Of a stretch of DNA of 64,000 bases, positions 20,215 through 29,778 are shown one piece after another; position 1 is the first letter of the stretch; each line of letters opens with the position of its first letter. Under the pieces are notes generated by a model, which made no database searches, was not told the origin of the DNA, and worked only from the letters and a program-made list of their open reading frames with translations. Made by a program: the position numbers and the translations under genes. Source of the DNA: an uncultured bacterium (GTDB lineage: Bacteria > Poribacteria > WGA-4E > GCA-2687025); assembly GCA_964473525.1 (NCBI GenBank), contig CAYYPK010000032.1:353-64352 (forward strand), written 5' to 3'.

Positions 20215-20886
20215 GTGGCGGATAGGCTGGTCTACTTCCTCGGCGGGCTGTGGCTGACGCTTGCGCTACTAGTGTGCTCGCTTGCGCTGGGGCTGGCGCT
20301 TGGACTCCTTCTCGCCAGCGCCCGTCTGTCCCGCTATCGGGCGCTGCGGCTCGCCGCCACCGCTTACATTGAGTTGCTGCGTGGGGTTCCGCTGCTTGTC
20401 ACGTTGCTGATCGCGGGATTCGCGTTGCCCGGACTTCTCGTTCAGTTCCGAATCGTGCCGAAGTTCGCGTGGGCCGTGCTCGCGTTTGGGCTGTGCTACG
20501 GCGCGTACCTGGCTGAGGTGTTCCGCGCCGGGATCGAGTCGGTCGACGACGGGCAACGGGAGGCGGCGCGAGCGCTGGGTCTTACCGGGCGCCAGACGCT
20601 GTGGCACGTGGTGTTGCCGCAAGCGGTGCGCAACGTGCTGCCCGCGCTGGTGAACCAGTCCGTCGCGCTCCTGAAAGACACGTCGCTGGCGGCGGTGATC
20701 GGCCTGGAGGAGATGACGCAACGAGCGCGCCTGGAGGTCGCGGCGACGTTCGATACCCTGTCTGTCTACCTGCTACTCGCGCTCATCTACCTCGTGCTCA
20801 CCCTCTCGCTATCTCAACTCGCGCGTGTGTTGGAGCGCAAGCAGGACCGTGCAAGACCCGATCATACAAGTCCGCGGACTGCGTAA
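20215..20886 (+). CDS. Polar amino acid ABC transporter permease
   Basis: [15 protein letters not shown] loop [30 protein letters not shown]. Confidence 0.93.
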   Translation: MADRLVYFLGGLWLTLALLVCSLALGLALGLLLASARLSRYRALRLAATAYIELLRGVPLLVTLLIAGFALPGLLVQFRIVPKFAWAVLAFGLCYGAYLAEVFRAGIESVDDGQREAARALGLTGRQTLWHVVLPQAVRNVLPALVNQSVALLKDTSLAAVIGLEEMTQRARLEVAATFDTLSVYLLLALIYLVLTLSLSQLARVLERKQDRARPDHTSPRTA

Positions 20887-21586
20887 GATGTACGGCGGCC
20901 TGGTGGTCCTCCGCGACGTCGATCTGGACGTGCGTCCGTCGGATCGCCTCGTCGTCATCGGGCCGAGTGGCTCGGGCAAATCCACGCTCCTACGCTGCCT
21001 GAACCATCTCGCAACGCCCGACGCCGGCAATATCGTCATCGACGGCGTGCCGCTGGACGGCGCCGAGACGAACATCAACGCTGTGCGCGCCGAGGTGGGT
21101 ATGGTGTTCCAAAGGTTCAACCTGTTCGGGCATTTGACCGCGGTCGAGAACGTCGCGTTGGCGCCTCGTCTGGTGCGGGGCGTCGAAAGCAGCGTGAGCG
21201 TTGAGCGCGCGACGGAGCTGCTCGCGAAGGTAGGGCTTGCGGACAAGGTGGGCGCCTATCCAAGTACGCTTTCGGGAGGGCAGCAGCAGCGCGTCGCCAT
21301 TGCCCGCGCGCTGGCCATGACGCCGAAGATCATGCTGTTCGACGAAGTGACGTCGGCTCTGGATCCCGAGTTGGTGCACGAGGTGCTCGTCGTCATGAAG
21401 CGACTCGCTGACGAGGGCATGACGATGCTCGTCGTCACGCACGAGATGCGGTTCGCGGAGGAGGTCGGCACGCGCCTCGTCTTCATGGACGAGGGCGCCA
21501 TCGTCGAGGAAGGCGATCCGGGGCAGGTATTGCGCGCGCCTGAGCATCCACGAACGCAGGCGTTCCTGGAGCGCGTTCTATGGTAG
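20849..21586 (+). CDS. Polar amino acid ABC transporter ATPase (GlnQ-like)
   Basis: [24 protein letters not shown] and [12 protein letters not shown]. Confidence 0.95.
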   Translation: MQDPIIQVRGLRKMYGGLVVLRDVDLDVRPSDRLVVIGPSGSGKSTLLRCLNHLATPDAGNIVIDGVPLDGAETNINAVRAEVGMVFQRFNLFGHLTAVENVALAPRLVRGVESSVSVERATELLAKVGLADKVGAYPSTLSGGQQQRVAIARALAMTPKIMLFDEVTSALDPELVHEVLVVMKRLADEGMTMLVVTHEMRFAEEVGTRLVFMDEGAIVEEGDPGQVLRAPEHPRTQAFLERVLW

Positions 21587-21608
21587 GTCCACAGAGGGAC
21601 AGACGCGC

Positions 21609-22478
21609 ATGAAGGCGCCGCGGTGGGCCGCCACGCATCCCTACCTCGTCCTGCTCTTCCCCGCCATGTTCTGGCTGGTCGTCTTCTTCCTCGCGCCCAT
21701 CACCCTCGTCGTCATCTACAGCTTCCTGACGCGCGACGTAGACGGCTCCGTCGCCTGGATTCCGCAGGTCGGCAACTACCTCCGTCTGGCGCGGCCGTTG
21801 GGTGACGAGTTCCCGCCCAGCTACGTCGTCATCATCGGCAGGTCGCTGTGGCTCGCCGCGCTGACGACGGGTCTGTGCCTACTGGTCGGCTACCCGTTCT
21901 CATACGGCCTGGCGCGCGTGTCGCAGCGCTGGCGGAACACGCTGCTCCTGCTAGTCGTGCTGCCGTTCTGGACGAATTTCCTCATCCGCACGTACGCGTG
22001 GCGATTCATCCTGTGGAAGGGCGGCCTGCTGGACAACTTCGCGCAGCGGCTGGGCATGGAATCACTCGTGCTGTACGGAACCGACGCGGCGGTCGTGGTC
22101 GGGCTCGTGTACGGCTACCTGCCGTTCATGATCCTTCCGCTCTACGTGACCCTGGAGCGGCTGGACGAGTCGCTTCCGCAAGCTGCGCAGGATCTCGGCA
22201 CCACGCCGTTCACCGCGTTCCGTAAGGTGACGCTCCCGCTCAGCATGCCGGGGGTCGTGGCGGGCAGCGTCCTGGTCTTCATTCCAAGCGCCAGTGCGTT
22301 CGTGACGCCCAAGCTTCTCGGCGGCGCCAAGTCGATGATGCTGGGTGAGCTCATCGAGCTTCAGTTCAAGACGGTGCGCGACTGGCCGTTCGGGTCGGCG
22401 GCGGGGTGCGTGCTCATGGCGATCGTCGTGCTGCTGACGACTGTGTACTTCCGGGCGGCGGGGTCGGAGGAGTTCTAG
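21609..22478 (+). CDS. potB: Spermidine/putrescine ABC permease PotB-like
   Basis: PFWTNFLIRTYAW, YLPFMILPLY and DWPFGSA. Confidence 0.9.
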   Translation: MKAPRWAATHPYLVLLFPAMFWLVVFFLAPITLVVIYSFLTRDVDGSVAWIPQVGNYLRLARPLGDEFPPSYVVIIGRSLWLAALTTGLCLLVGYPFSYGLARVSQRWRNTLLLLVVLPFWTNFLIRTYAWRFILWKGGLLDNFAQRLGMESLVLYGTDAAVVVGLVYGYLPFMILPLYVTLERLDESLPQAAQDLGTTPFTAFRKVTLPLSMPGVVAGSVLVFIPSASAFVTPKLLGGAKSMMLGELIELQFKTVRDWPFGSAAGCVLMAIVVLLTTVYFRAAGSEEF

Positions 22479-22508
22479 AGGCCGAGAGCTTGCGGACGGA
22501 ACAGATCC

Positions 22509-23490
22509 CTAGGGGGCCACGGGAGACCGGGATCCCCTAGTCAGCTCACCCAACACACTCGCCGACGCCTGGCGGAGGCGCGCGGGCTCTGTCGACACTA
22601 CCGCGGGGCTGGCAGCGTCATAGACAGCGGCAGGGCCACGCATCTTGTCTGAGGCATTGAGGAACTCCCTGAGATCCCTCGGTGCTGACGGTGCGAATCC
22701 GTACTCGTGCAGGAGGAACTCGACCAACTCGCTTACTGTGTCCACGCGTAGGACGAACGCCTCCGCGTCTGGGGACAGAGTCGGAACGCAGAACCGCTGT
22801 AGTGAGTTGCGAGTGAACGACCGGTATCCGCCGCGGTATATGCGGCTCGTACGGTGGATGTAGTAGTCTAGTATGGGCGAATTGAGGATCTTCGCCAGGA
22901 TCCGTAGATCATAGGCAGACTGCACGCAGTATCCCCCGTAGAACGTGGCGTCAGGCTGCCTACTAAGTACGAACCTCCCCCACAGGTTGATTCCCGACGT
23001 GAGTAGCTTGGGCCCGAAGTTCGTCGCTAGCCCCTGTGTTCGCCCGTAGGCGTACCAGGCCACAGGGTTTGACCGTCCCTTGTCACGCTTGTCCAGGCGT
23101 TCACGCATCGCGGACAGGTAATCGTGTGTGCCCGGATACAGCGCGCGCAACTCCTCCTCAGGTACGATCTCGTACCGATCGCCGAGAGGCCGGTACGGGA
23201 AGATGATCCGCTGCTCATTCAGGTGTAAGTCCTGTTCGGTGTGCACGCGGCTGGCTTTGACGATCGGGACCGTGGCGTCGGCCTCAATGTGGTACGCCGC
23301 GTCCGCCGTACGCTTGACGAGGTGCCCAGTCCGGGCGTCTCGGGCACCGTCCACTAGATAGAGGGAATCTGCGAGCGTGGCGATCCCGGCTCCGATCCTC
23401 GCACACGCACCCAGTGGGGTTCCGACACCTGTAAGGCGTTCGATGATGGGTCGAGCATCCTCGAGAACAAGCTCCCATGCAGGGCCCCTA
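22509..23490 (-). CDS. C-terminal (TaqI-C-like target recognition) part of the N6-adenine DNA methyltransferase, in the -1 frame
   Basis: GIATLADSLY, IIFPY, LDKRDKG..WYAYGRTQ and ILNSPILDYY motifs of gamma-class MTase specificity domains; no plausible start of its own. Confidence 0.75.
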
Positions 23491-24592
23491 GGCGGGAGCT
23501 GTTGATCGTGCCTGCCCGCGCAACATCGGGGATGCGCTGGGAGGAGTTCGCCGCCACGTACCGGAAGCTGTCGTTGTGGCGCCGAGACACGAACAGCATG
23601 CAACTGTACGTGGTTACGTCGTCAAACACCTGATGGTGAGCGAAGTCGTAGATCTCGACTACCGACTGCCTCTCGCCGAGTAAGGACCGGAGGCCTGTAC
23701 CCGCCTGAGTCGTCGTGAAACTACGCGGGAGGATGTATCCGGCGGCACCCTCCGGGCCAAGCTCCCTCAGCGCCAACTCTACGAATGGGATGTACAGGTC
23801 GGTGTTGCCGGTCCGCGCTGTTGGCCAGCTGCGGCGGAGTGCCGCTCGAGTCTCCTGCGGGAGGTTTTGGATGCGGACATATGGTGGGTTGCCGACCACG
23901 GCGGAGAAGCCCCCGCGAACGGCGAATTCGTCTGACAGGGAGCAGCCGTCCAAACTATCGCCGATCCGCGATTTCAGCCCTGTATCGGCCACATCGTCAC
24001 CGTGCTGGACGGCCCACAGGCCCAGCATCACCTCGGCAGCGGCCAAGCTTTCGGCACAGACGTCAGCAGCGTATAAGTGCCTTGCAATCACGGAATGTGG
24101 CCGTTCACCTGACCGCTGGCGTAGGGCCTCTGCCATCCCGACGAGAAACGCGCCCGCCCCAGCAGCCGGATCGAGGATCGCTAGGGGCTCCGCCCCCACC
24201 ACTGCGGAAGGGCCGGTGTGGATGTCCAGCGTACGCTGGCAGATGTAAGCCACTATGTGGGCGGGTGTGAACACGACGCCGGTGGATTTTCGCTCGGCCC
24301 GCTCCAGGCTGAGCTCGACGAGACGAAGGGCGAGCGCGAGTGAAAACGTCACACCGGCACCAGCGACGACGTCGCGGATCTCGGCGGAGACTTCCGGGTC
24401 TGCCCTATCTACGGCGGCTTGGACCGCGTGGTTGTGACGAACGGTCAGAGCCTGATGTTCGACGTAGGCCCGCGCGATCGCAGGCACAGCGCCCTCCCTG
24501 CTGTGGAGCACCGCCTCCGCAGCTGCGGAGGCCACCGACGGGACATCCTGCTTTATGTATGGGGGCGTGCGTGGCTCTGCGCGGATTTGCAT
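23354..24592 (-). CDS. N6-adenine DNA methyltransferase (gamma class, Eco57I/TaqI-like), N-terminal catalytic part
   Basis: GVVFTP, motif I ILDPAAGAGAFL, motif IV VGNPPYVR, DLYIPFVE and QVFDDVTTY. Confidence 0.9.
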   Translation of the reverse strand: MQIRAEPRTPPYIKQDVPSVASAAAEAVLHSREGAVPAIARAYVEHQALTVRHNHAVQAAVDRADPEVSAEIRDVVAGAGVTFSLALALRLVELSLERAERKSTGVVFTPAHIVAYICQRTLDIHTGPSAVVGAEPLAILDPAAGAGAFLVGMAEALRQRSGERPHSVIARHLYAADVCAESLAAAEVMLGLWAVQHGDDVADTGLKSRIGDSLDGCSLSDEFAVRGGFSAVVGNPPYVRIQNLPQETRAALRRSWPTARTGNTDLYIPFVELALRELGPEGAAGYILPRSFTTTQAGTGLRSLLGERQSVVEIYDFAHHQVFDDVTTYSCMLFVSRRHNDSFRYVAANSSQRIPDVARAGTINSSRLGALHGSLFSRMLDPSSNALQVSEPHWVRVRGSEPGSPRSQIPSI

Positions 24593-24612
24593 GTCGCGAT
24601 CAAGCCCTATTC

Positions 24613-25320
24613 CTAGAACAGCTGTGGCATCAGCAGACCTGGGTCCCTACGCGCCAACGTGCCCAGCATTCGCTTGATGAACGTCTCCACCGCCAACGAT
24701 GGAGGCAACGTGTAGGGACCAAGGGCATCAGTGTGCTGGAACCGGAACTCTGGACCCCCCGGAGAGTGGTGGACCAAGATCACACAGGCGTGTTCTGCCT
24801 TGTCATGGTCGCTCCCAACACCCGCGCGACCAGTGATGTCCTCCAGCTCTTCACAGTAGTGCCTCACGTACCCTGGAGCTTCCCTGCCCCGCAACGGGGT
24901 AGTCGGCAGGGCAACAACAGAGCCGATGACAGCATTTGGGTGAGAACGGTGGATCCGACTCGACTCGCCAACGTAATTCTGAATAGTTGTGGCCGTGTTC
25001 TTGCGTATGCTACTCGCTGGGGCCTTTATCTGCATGATGAGCGCCGGGTCGCCTGCCGCATCGGCGTACGCCACGTCCACGCTCTTCGTTGAGTGGGTCA
25101 GCCGGGCCTTCAGCTCCCGATTCTTGCCATCGGCCCCCAGCTTTGGCCACAACGCCTCGGATGCCAACCCCTCCATCTGGAGGATCTGCTTGAACGCATA
25201 GTGTAGCGGCATGACCCACCGTTGGCCGCGGATAACCCCCAGCCGTTCGCTTGTGCTCAGCGCGTCGTAGCGTCTCTTGGTGCGACCAATGCAGTCCAGG
25301 ATCACGTCGTCGACCCACAT
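24613..25320 (-). CDS. Putative type II restriction endonuclease (PD-(D/E)xK fold)
   Basis: E...KSVDVAY...LIMQIK...SIRKN...GE..RIH.SHPNAVIG pattern resembles XhoI/PaeR7I-like nucleases; directly upstream of the MTase. Confidence 0.6.
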   Translation of the reverse strand: MWVDDVILDCIGRTKRRYDALSTSERLGVIRGQRWVMPLHYAFKQILQMEGLASEALWPKLGADGKNRELKARLTHSTKSVDVAYADAAGDPALIMQIKAPASSIRKNTATTIQNYVGESSRIHRSHPNAVIGSVVALPTTPLRGREAPGYVRHYCEELEDITGRAGVGSDHDKAEHACVILVHHSPGGPEFRFQHTDALGPYTLPPSLAVETFIKRMLGTLARRDPGLLMPQLF

Positions 25321-25707
25321 CAGAGCTCCCTTCGCCGCCCGACCGTCGGCTACGGCGCCTACCGGGCGCAGCGTTGGACATTCCGGCCGCCGCCGCTTTC
25401 ATGAACGCAGTCTACATCGCGCGGTTTCAGGGGAGCTCGCCCGACGACCGCCACGCATGTGTGCGGAACGCGAGACGATGTGTGCGGGGCCGCGTCTCGC
25501 AGGAGGTCCTCGAGTTGAGGTTGTCGGCTAGGCAATCGACCTTGCCGATACCGTGGTGCCCACAACGCTCCGCAGCAGGTCGACGGGCAACCAGCCGTTC
25601 TGGGCGGCGGCGCGACGCGCGATCCCCTGAATCCGGATTCAGGGCTGACCGCCGACTGCCGCAGCCGGGCTTCATTACAGGGCTTCTGGCGTACATGCAC
25701 AGGAAAC

Positions 25708-25737
25708 TTGACCGCCCGTACACCCCCGCGATATAAT
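25708..25737 (+). promoter_or_regulatory. Sigma70 promoter of the rho operon (TTGACC-N18-TATAAT)
   Basis: Near-consensus hexamers about 425 nt upstream of the rho ATG. Confidence 0.7.
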
Positions 25738-26161
25738 ACGCCTGAACGACGTCACTCCCTCTCTATCTTCTCCGCCGAATGACGTTGTGACCCCTGCGAT
25801 GTTTCCACGCACACGCTACATGTAACGGCGTTGCGGCATCGCTCCGTATCTCTATCAATCCGGGACGCCTGCGATTCCGTAACGCGATCGCGACTGCACG
25901 AGAGTCCCTTTCGAATCCGTAGACCGTTGATCGCCCTCCACTGCGCCGCCCGAACTCCTGCGGCTTCCCGAGGCATACAAGCAACGGTCGTGGCCAACAA
26001 CCCAGCGTTTAGGACGCTTCCTCGAACCGCCATATCAGGCTGATCTCGCACGCTGACATCTGGCGCGCGAGCATCCACCACGCAGACACAGACTCACTCT
26101 CAGGCTCACGTGGCCGACAGCGACCAGTTGGCTGCCGTCACCTATCTTTTGGGACGATGCT

Positions 26162-27601
26162 ATGCGACAGAGAACGCACAGGGAAGGCTCCCCACGATCA
26201 CGTCGGGGTTACTCCAACCAGGGCAGGGATCGCCGCGGCCCACGCAACGGCGGCGGACGAGACACCGGAATGCGCGACGACGACAACTACGATGACACGC
26301 CTCCGCCTCCGAGGCGCGAAGGCGACCCCCCGCAGCTCGACCTGACGCAACTGCAAGAGAAGACCGTGCAGGAGTTGTGCAAGGTGGCGCGGGATCTGGG
26401 CATCGTGGGGTACAGCGGCCTGCGCAAGCAGAACCTCATCGCGCGTATCCTCGAAGCGCAGACCGAGAGCGGTGACCTCCTCTTAGGCGAGGGCGTCCTC
26501 GAGATACTCACGGACAACTTCGGCTTTCTGCGCTCGTCGAACTACAACTACCTCCAGAGCCAGGAAGACATCTACGTCTCCCCGTCTCAGATCAGGCGAT
26601 TTGGCTTGCGCACCGGACATGTCGTGCGTGGGCAGATCCGCCCGCCGAAGCGGGGAAGTGAGCGCGACAAGGACGAGCGCTTCTTCGCCCTGCTGCACAT
26701 CGAGTCCGTGAACGGGCAGGAGCCGGATCTCGTCAAGGAGACCGTCCTCTACGACAATCTCACGCCCATTCACCCGACGCAGCCGTTCGCTCTGGCGACG
26801 GATCGCGTCACGCTCTCGACGCGCATCATCGACCTCATCTCCCCGGTTGGCGCGGGTCAGCGCTCGCTCATCGTGGCGCCGCCGTTCGGGGGTAAGACGT
26901 ACCTGCTCCGCGACATCGCCCACGGCATCGAGACGAACTATCCCGACGCGGACCTCATCGTCGTGCTGATAGACGAGCGTCCCGAGGAAGTCACGGAGAT
27001 GGCGCGCTCGGTGAACGGGGAAGTCGTCAGCTCGACGTTCGACGAGCCGCCGGAACGCCACGTCGCCGTCGCCGAGATGGTCATCGAACGGGCAAAGCGC
27101 TCCGTCGAGTACGGCAACGACGTCGTGATCTTGCTCGACAGCCTCACGCGTCTCGCGCGCGCGTACAACCTCGTCGCTCCGCACACTGGCAAGACGCTGT
27201 CGGGTGGTATCGACGCCGGAGCGATGATGGGTCCACGCCGGTTCCTCGGCGCCGCGCGCAACATTGAGGAAGGCGGCAGCCTGACGATCCTCGCCACCGT
27301 GCTAGTCGATACGGAAAGCCGTATGGACCAGTACATCTACGAGGAATTCAAGGGCACGGCGAACTCCGAGATACATCTCGACCGCGAGCTGTTCGAGAAC
27401 CGGACATTCCCGCCGCTGGACGTGAAGAAGTCCAAGACGCGTCGCGAAGAGCTGTTGCTCGACCCGACGACACTCAATAAGATCTGGATTCTGCGGCAGT
27501 TCATGACTAAGATGTCTGCGTCGGAGTGCATTGAGCTGTTCCAGGACCGCATGAAGAAGACGGACACGAACGAAGAGTTCCTGGAGTCGATGAAGGGCTA
27601 G
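26162..27601 (+). CDS. rho: Transcription termination factor Rho
   Basis: GFLRS..DIYVSPSQIRRFGLRTG, IDERPEEVT, LDSLTRLARAYN and YEEFKGT; Arg/Asp-rich N-terminal extension. Confidence 0.97.
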   Translation: MRQRTHREGSPRSRRGYSNQGRDRRGPRNGGGRDTGMRDDDNYDDTPPPPRREGDPPQLDLTQLQEKTVQELCKVARDLGIVGYSGLRKQNLIARILEAQTESGDLLLGEGVLEILTDNFGFLRSSNYNYLQSQEDIYVSPSQIRRFGLRTGHVVRGQIRPPKRGSERDKDERFFALLHIESVNGQEPDLVKETVLYDNLTPIHPTQPFALATDRVTLSTRIIDLISPVGAGQRSLIVAPPFGGKTYLLRDIAHGIETNYPDADLIVVLIDERPEEVTEMARSVNGEVVSSTFDEPPERHVAVAEMVIERAKRSVEYGNDVVILLDSLTRLARAYNLVAPHTGKTLSGGIDAGAMMGPRRFLGAARNIEEGGSLTILATVLVDTESRMDQYIYEEFKGTANSEIHLDRELFENRTFPPLDVKKSKTRREELLLDPTTLNKIWILRQFMTKMSASECIELFQDRMKKTDTNEEFLESMKG

Positions 27602-27658
27602 TCGCCCACGCCGCCGGGGCCGCCTTCGCCAAGACGTTCTAGAAGGACACGTTGCCAC

Positions 27659-27904
27659 ATGAAGACCGGAATCCACCCCGACGTGCACACGACGACGATG
27701 TCGTGCGTCTGCGGGGCCACCTACGAGACGCTCTCGACGAAGCAGGATGTCCGCGTGGAAATCTGCGCGAGCTGCCATCCGTTCTTCACCGGTCAGCGCC
27801 GGGTGGTCGACACCGAAGGCCGCGTCGAGAAGTTCGAGCAGAAGTACGCCAAGTTCAACCTGCAGAAGCAGGAAGCGGCCGCGGACACCGAAGCCGACGC
27901 GTAG
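27659..27904 (+). CDS. rpmE: 50S ribosomal protein L31 (Zn-binding type)
   Basis: [21 protein letters not shown] and [10 protein letters not shown]. Confidence 0.96.
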   Translation: MKTGIHPDVHTTTMSCVCGATYETLSTKQDVRVEICASCHPFFTGQRRVVDTEGRVEKFEQKYAKFNLQKQEAAADTEADA

Positions 27905-28021
27905 CCGTGGGCGACTTCCCAGACGGCCGTACTCCATGACGCCGCAAGCCTCAGTCGCCTTGCGATATTCGTGCGCCGTACCGCGCGGGTACGCGCCCGA
28001 ATCAGCACGCCGGCCGCCGGC

Positions 28022-28678
28022 ATGCTGAAGCTCTTCCTGACATTCCTCAAACTGGGCACGTTCATCTTCGGGTCCGGCCACGCGCTCGTCAACGCTATGC
28101 AGGACGAGATCGTCGAGAAGCAGCAGTGGCTGACGCTGGACCAGTTCCAGTCTGGATGGGCGTCCGCGAACATACTCCCCGGCCCCATCGCGACGAAGGT
28201 GGTCGCGTACGTCGGCTATCAGCAGGCCGGACTGTTCGGAGCCGGCCTGGCGGTTGTGGCGTACCTACTGCCGTCCATCTCCGGCATGACGCTTCTCGGA
28301 GCCGCGTTGGCGCGCGGCAGCGATGACCGACCGCTGTTCACCGCGCTTCACGCGTGCGTGCGTGGCATCAAGCCAGCGGTGTTGGCGCTACTCGCGGACG
28401 CGTTCCTGAGCTTCACAGGAGTGGCCATCCCTCGGGGAACTGGTCTGGTCGCCAACGCGGCGCCCTTCGGCGTCGTCATGCTGGGGGTCACGATCTGCCT
28501 GGCGGGTATGTGGCGTCTGTCACACGCGCCGGGCGCCGAGAGTCGTTATCTTCTCGGTGATCCACGCGCGGTGGGCGTCTTCGTCCTGTCGATGGTGGCC
28601 TTGCTCGTGTTTCGCATCGACGCGATCTACGTCATGCTGGCGGCCGCAGCGATCGGACTGACCTATCTAGCCGTCTGA
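28022..28678 (+). CDS. Short-chain chromate transporter (CHR) family
   Basis: FLKLGTFIFGSG, EIVEKQQWLT..F, PGPIATK..GY and GIKPAV. Confidence 0.88.
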   Translation: MLKLFLTFLKLGTFIFGSGHALVNAMQDEIVEKQQWLTLDQFQSGWASANILPGPIATKVVAYVGYQQAGLFGAGLAVVAYLLPSISGMTLLGAALARGSDDRPLFTALHACVRGIKPAVLALLADAFLSFTGVAIPRGTGLVANAAPFGVVMLGVTICLAGMWRLSHAPGAESRYLLGDPRAVGVFVLSMVALLVFRIDAIYVMLAAAAIGLTYLAV

Positions 28679-28702
28679 GCGGCTTGTGAGCGGAAGGACA
28701 CC

Positions 28703-29776
28703 ATGGCCGACCTGATCGACAAGCTTGGCGAAATCGAGGAGAAACTCGCCGGCATCGACCGCGACCTGGGCGATCCCGACGTGTACAGCAACGCCTCCGA
28801 GCTGGAGCGGCTGGGGCGCATGCGCGCCGAGATCGAACCGGTGGCTACCGCGAGCGCGGAGTACCGGGGTGTGCTCGACGGACTGACGGACGCGCGCGAG
28901 ATGCTGGACGCCGAAAGCGACCAGGAGCTGCGCGACATGGCGCTGGAGGAGATCGAGACACTCCAGGCGCGCCAGGACACGCTTGAGGAGGAACTGCGCA
29001 TCCTCCTGCTGCCCAAAGATCCCAACGACGAGAAGAACATCCTTCTGGAGATCCGCTCGGGCACCGGCGGCGACGAAGCCGCGCTGTTCGCCGGCGAACT
29101 CATGCGGATGTACGGACGCTACGCCGAGGGCCAGCGCTGGAAGATGGAACTCGTGAACTCGAACCCCACGGAGCTGGGCGGGTTCAAGGAAGTGGTCGTA
29201 TCCATCACCGGCGACCACGTGTACAGCCGGCTCAAGTTTGAGAGCGGCGTGCATCGCGTGCAGCGCGTGCCCGAGACGGAAACCAGCGGCCGTATCCACA
29301 CCTCCGCCGTGACAGTGGCGGTGCTGCCCGAGGCCGAGGAGGTCGATGTCGAGGTCAAGAAGGAAGACCTACGCATCGACACATTCCGCGCTGGTGGCCC
29401 GGGCGGTCAGCACGCGAACATGACCGACTCCGCGGTTCGCATGACGCACCTACCCACGGGCGTCATGGTCGTCTGCAAGGACGAACGGTCGCAGATCAAG
29501 AACCGCGCACGCGCGATGAAGATCCTGCTCGCTCGCCTGTATGACCACATGCAGCAGGAGCAGGACGACGAGCGCATGGAATGGCGGCAGAGCATGGTGG
29601 GGTCTGGCGACCGCAGCGAGAAGATTCGCACGTACAACTTCCCCGACCGCCGCGTGACCGACCATCGCATCGGTCTCTCCGTGCACCAGCTTGACGCGGT
29701 GCTCGACGGCAGTATGGACATGGTCATCGATCCACTTATCGCGGCGGATCAGGCCGAGAAACTCAAAGCGCTCTAA
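28703..29776 (+). CDS. prfA: Peptide chain release factor 1
   Basis: PET motif (VQRVPETE), GGQ motif and RTYNFP. Confidence 0.97.
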   Translation: MADLIDKLGEIEEKLAGIDRDLGDPDVYSNASELERLGRMRAEIEPVATASAEYRGVLDGLTDAREMLDAESDQELRDMALEEIETLQARQDTLEEELRILLLPKDPNDEKNILLEIRSGTGGDEAALFAGELMRMYGRYAEGQRWKMELVNSNPTELGGFKEVVVSITGDHVYSRLKFESGVHRVQRVPETETSGRIHTSAVTVAVLPEAEEVDVEVKKEDLRIDTFRAGGPGGQHANMTDSAVRMTHLPTGVMVVCKDERSQIKNRARAMKILLARLYDHMQQEQDDERMEWRQSMVGSGDRSEKIRTYNFPDRRVTDHRIGLSVHQLDAVLDGSMDMVIDPLIAADQAEKLKAL

Positions 29777-29778
29777 GC

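Larger units (their letters stand above)
22509..24592 (-). pseudogene. Frameshifted (or phase-variable/mis-assembled) ~690-aa DNA methyltransferase gene
   Basis: The two overlapping ORFs join if one base is added near the G4 run (plus-strand CCCC 23485-23488): ...INSSRL|GGPAWELVLED... Confidence 0.6.

Noticed and set aside
22505-22540. GATCCC(C)TAG short direct repeat at the R-M cassette edge, as a possible target-site duplication
   Set aside because: Both copies are on the same side, I saw no match at the other boundary, and there is no integrase or transposase.
25251-26110. Short ORFs between the nuclease and rho (possible C-protein or toxin)
   Set aside because: No HTH or other recognisable motif; the region holds the rho promoter and leader.
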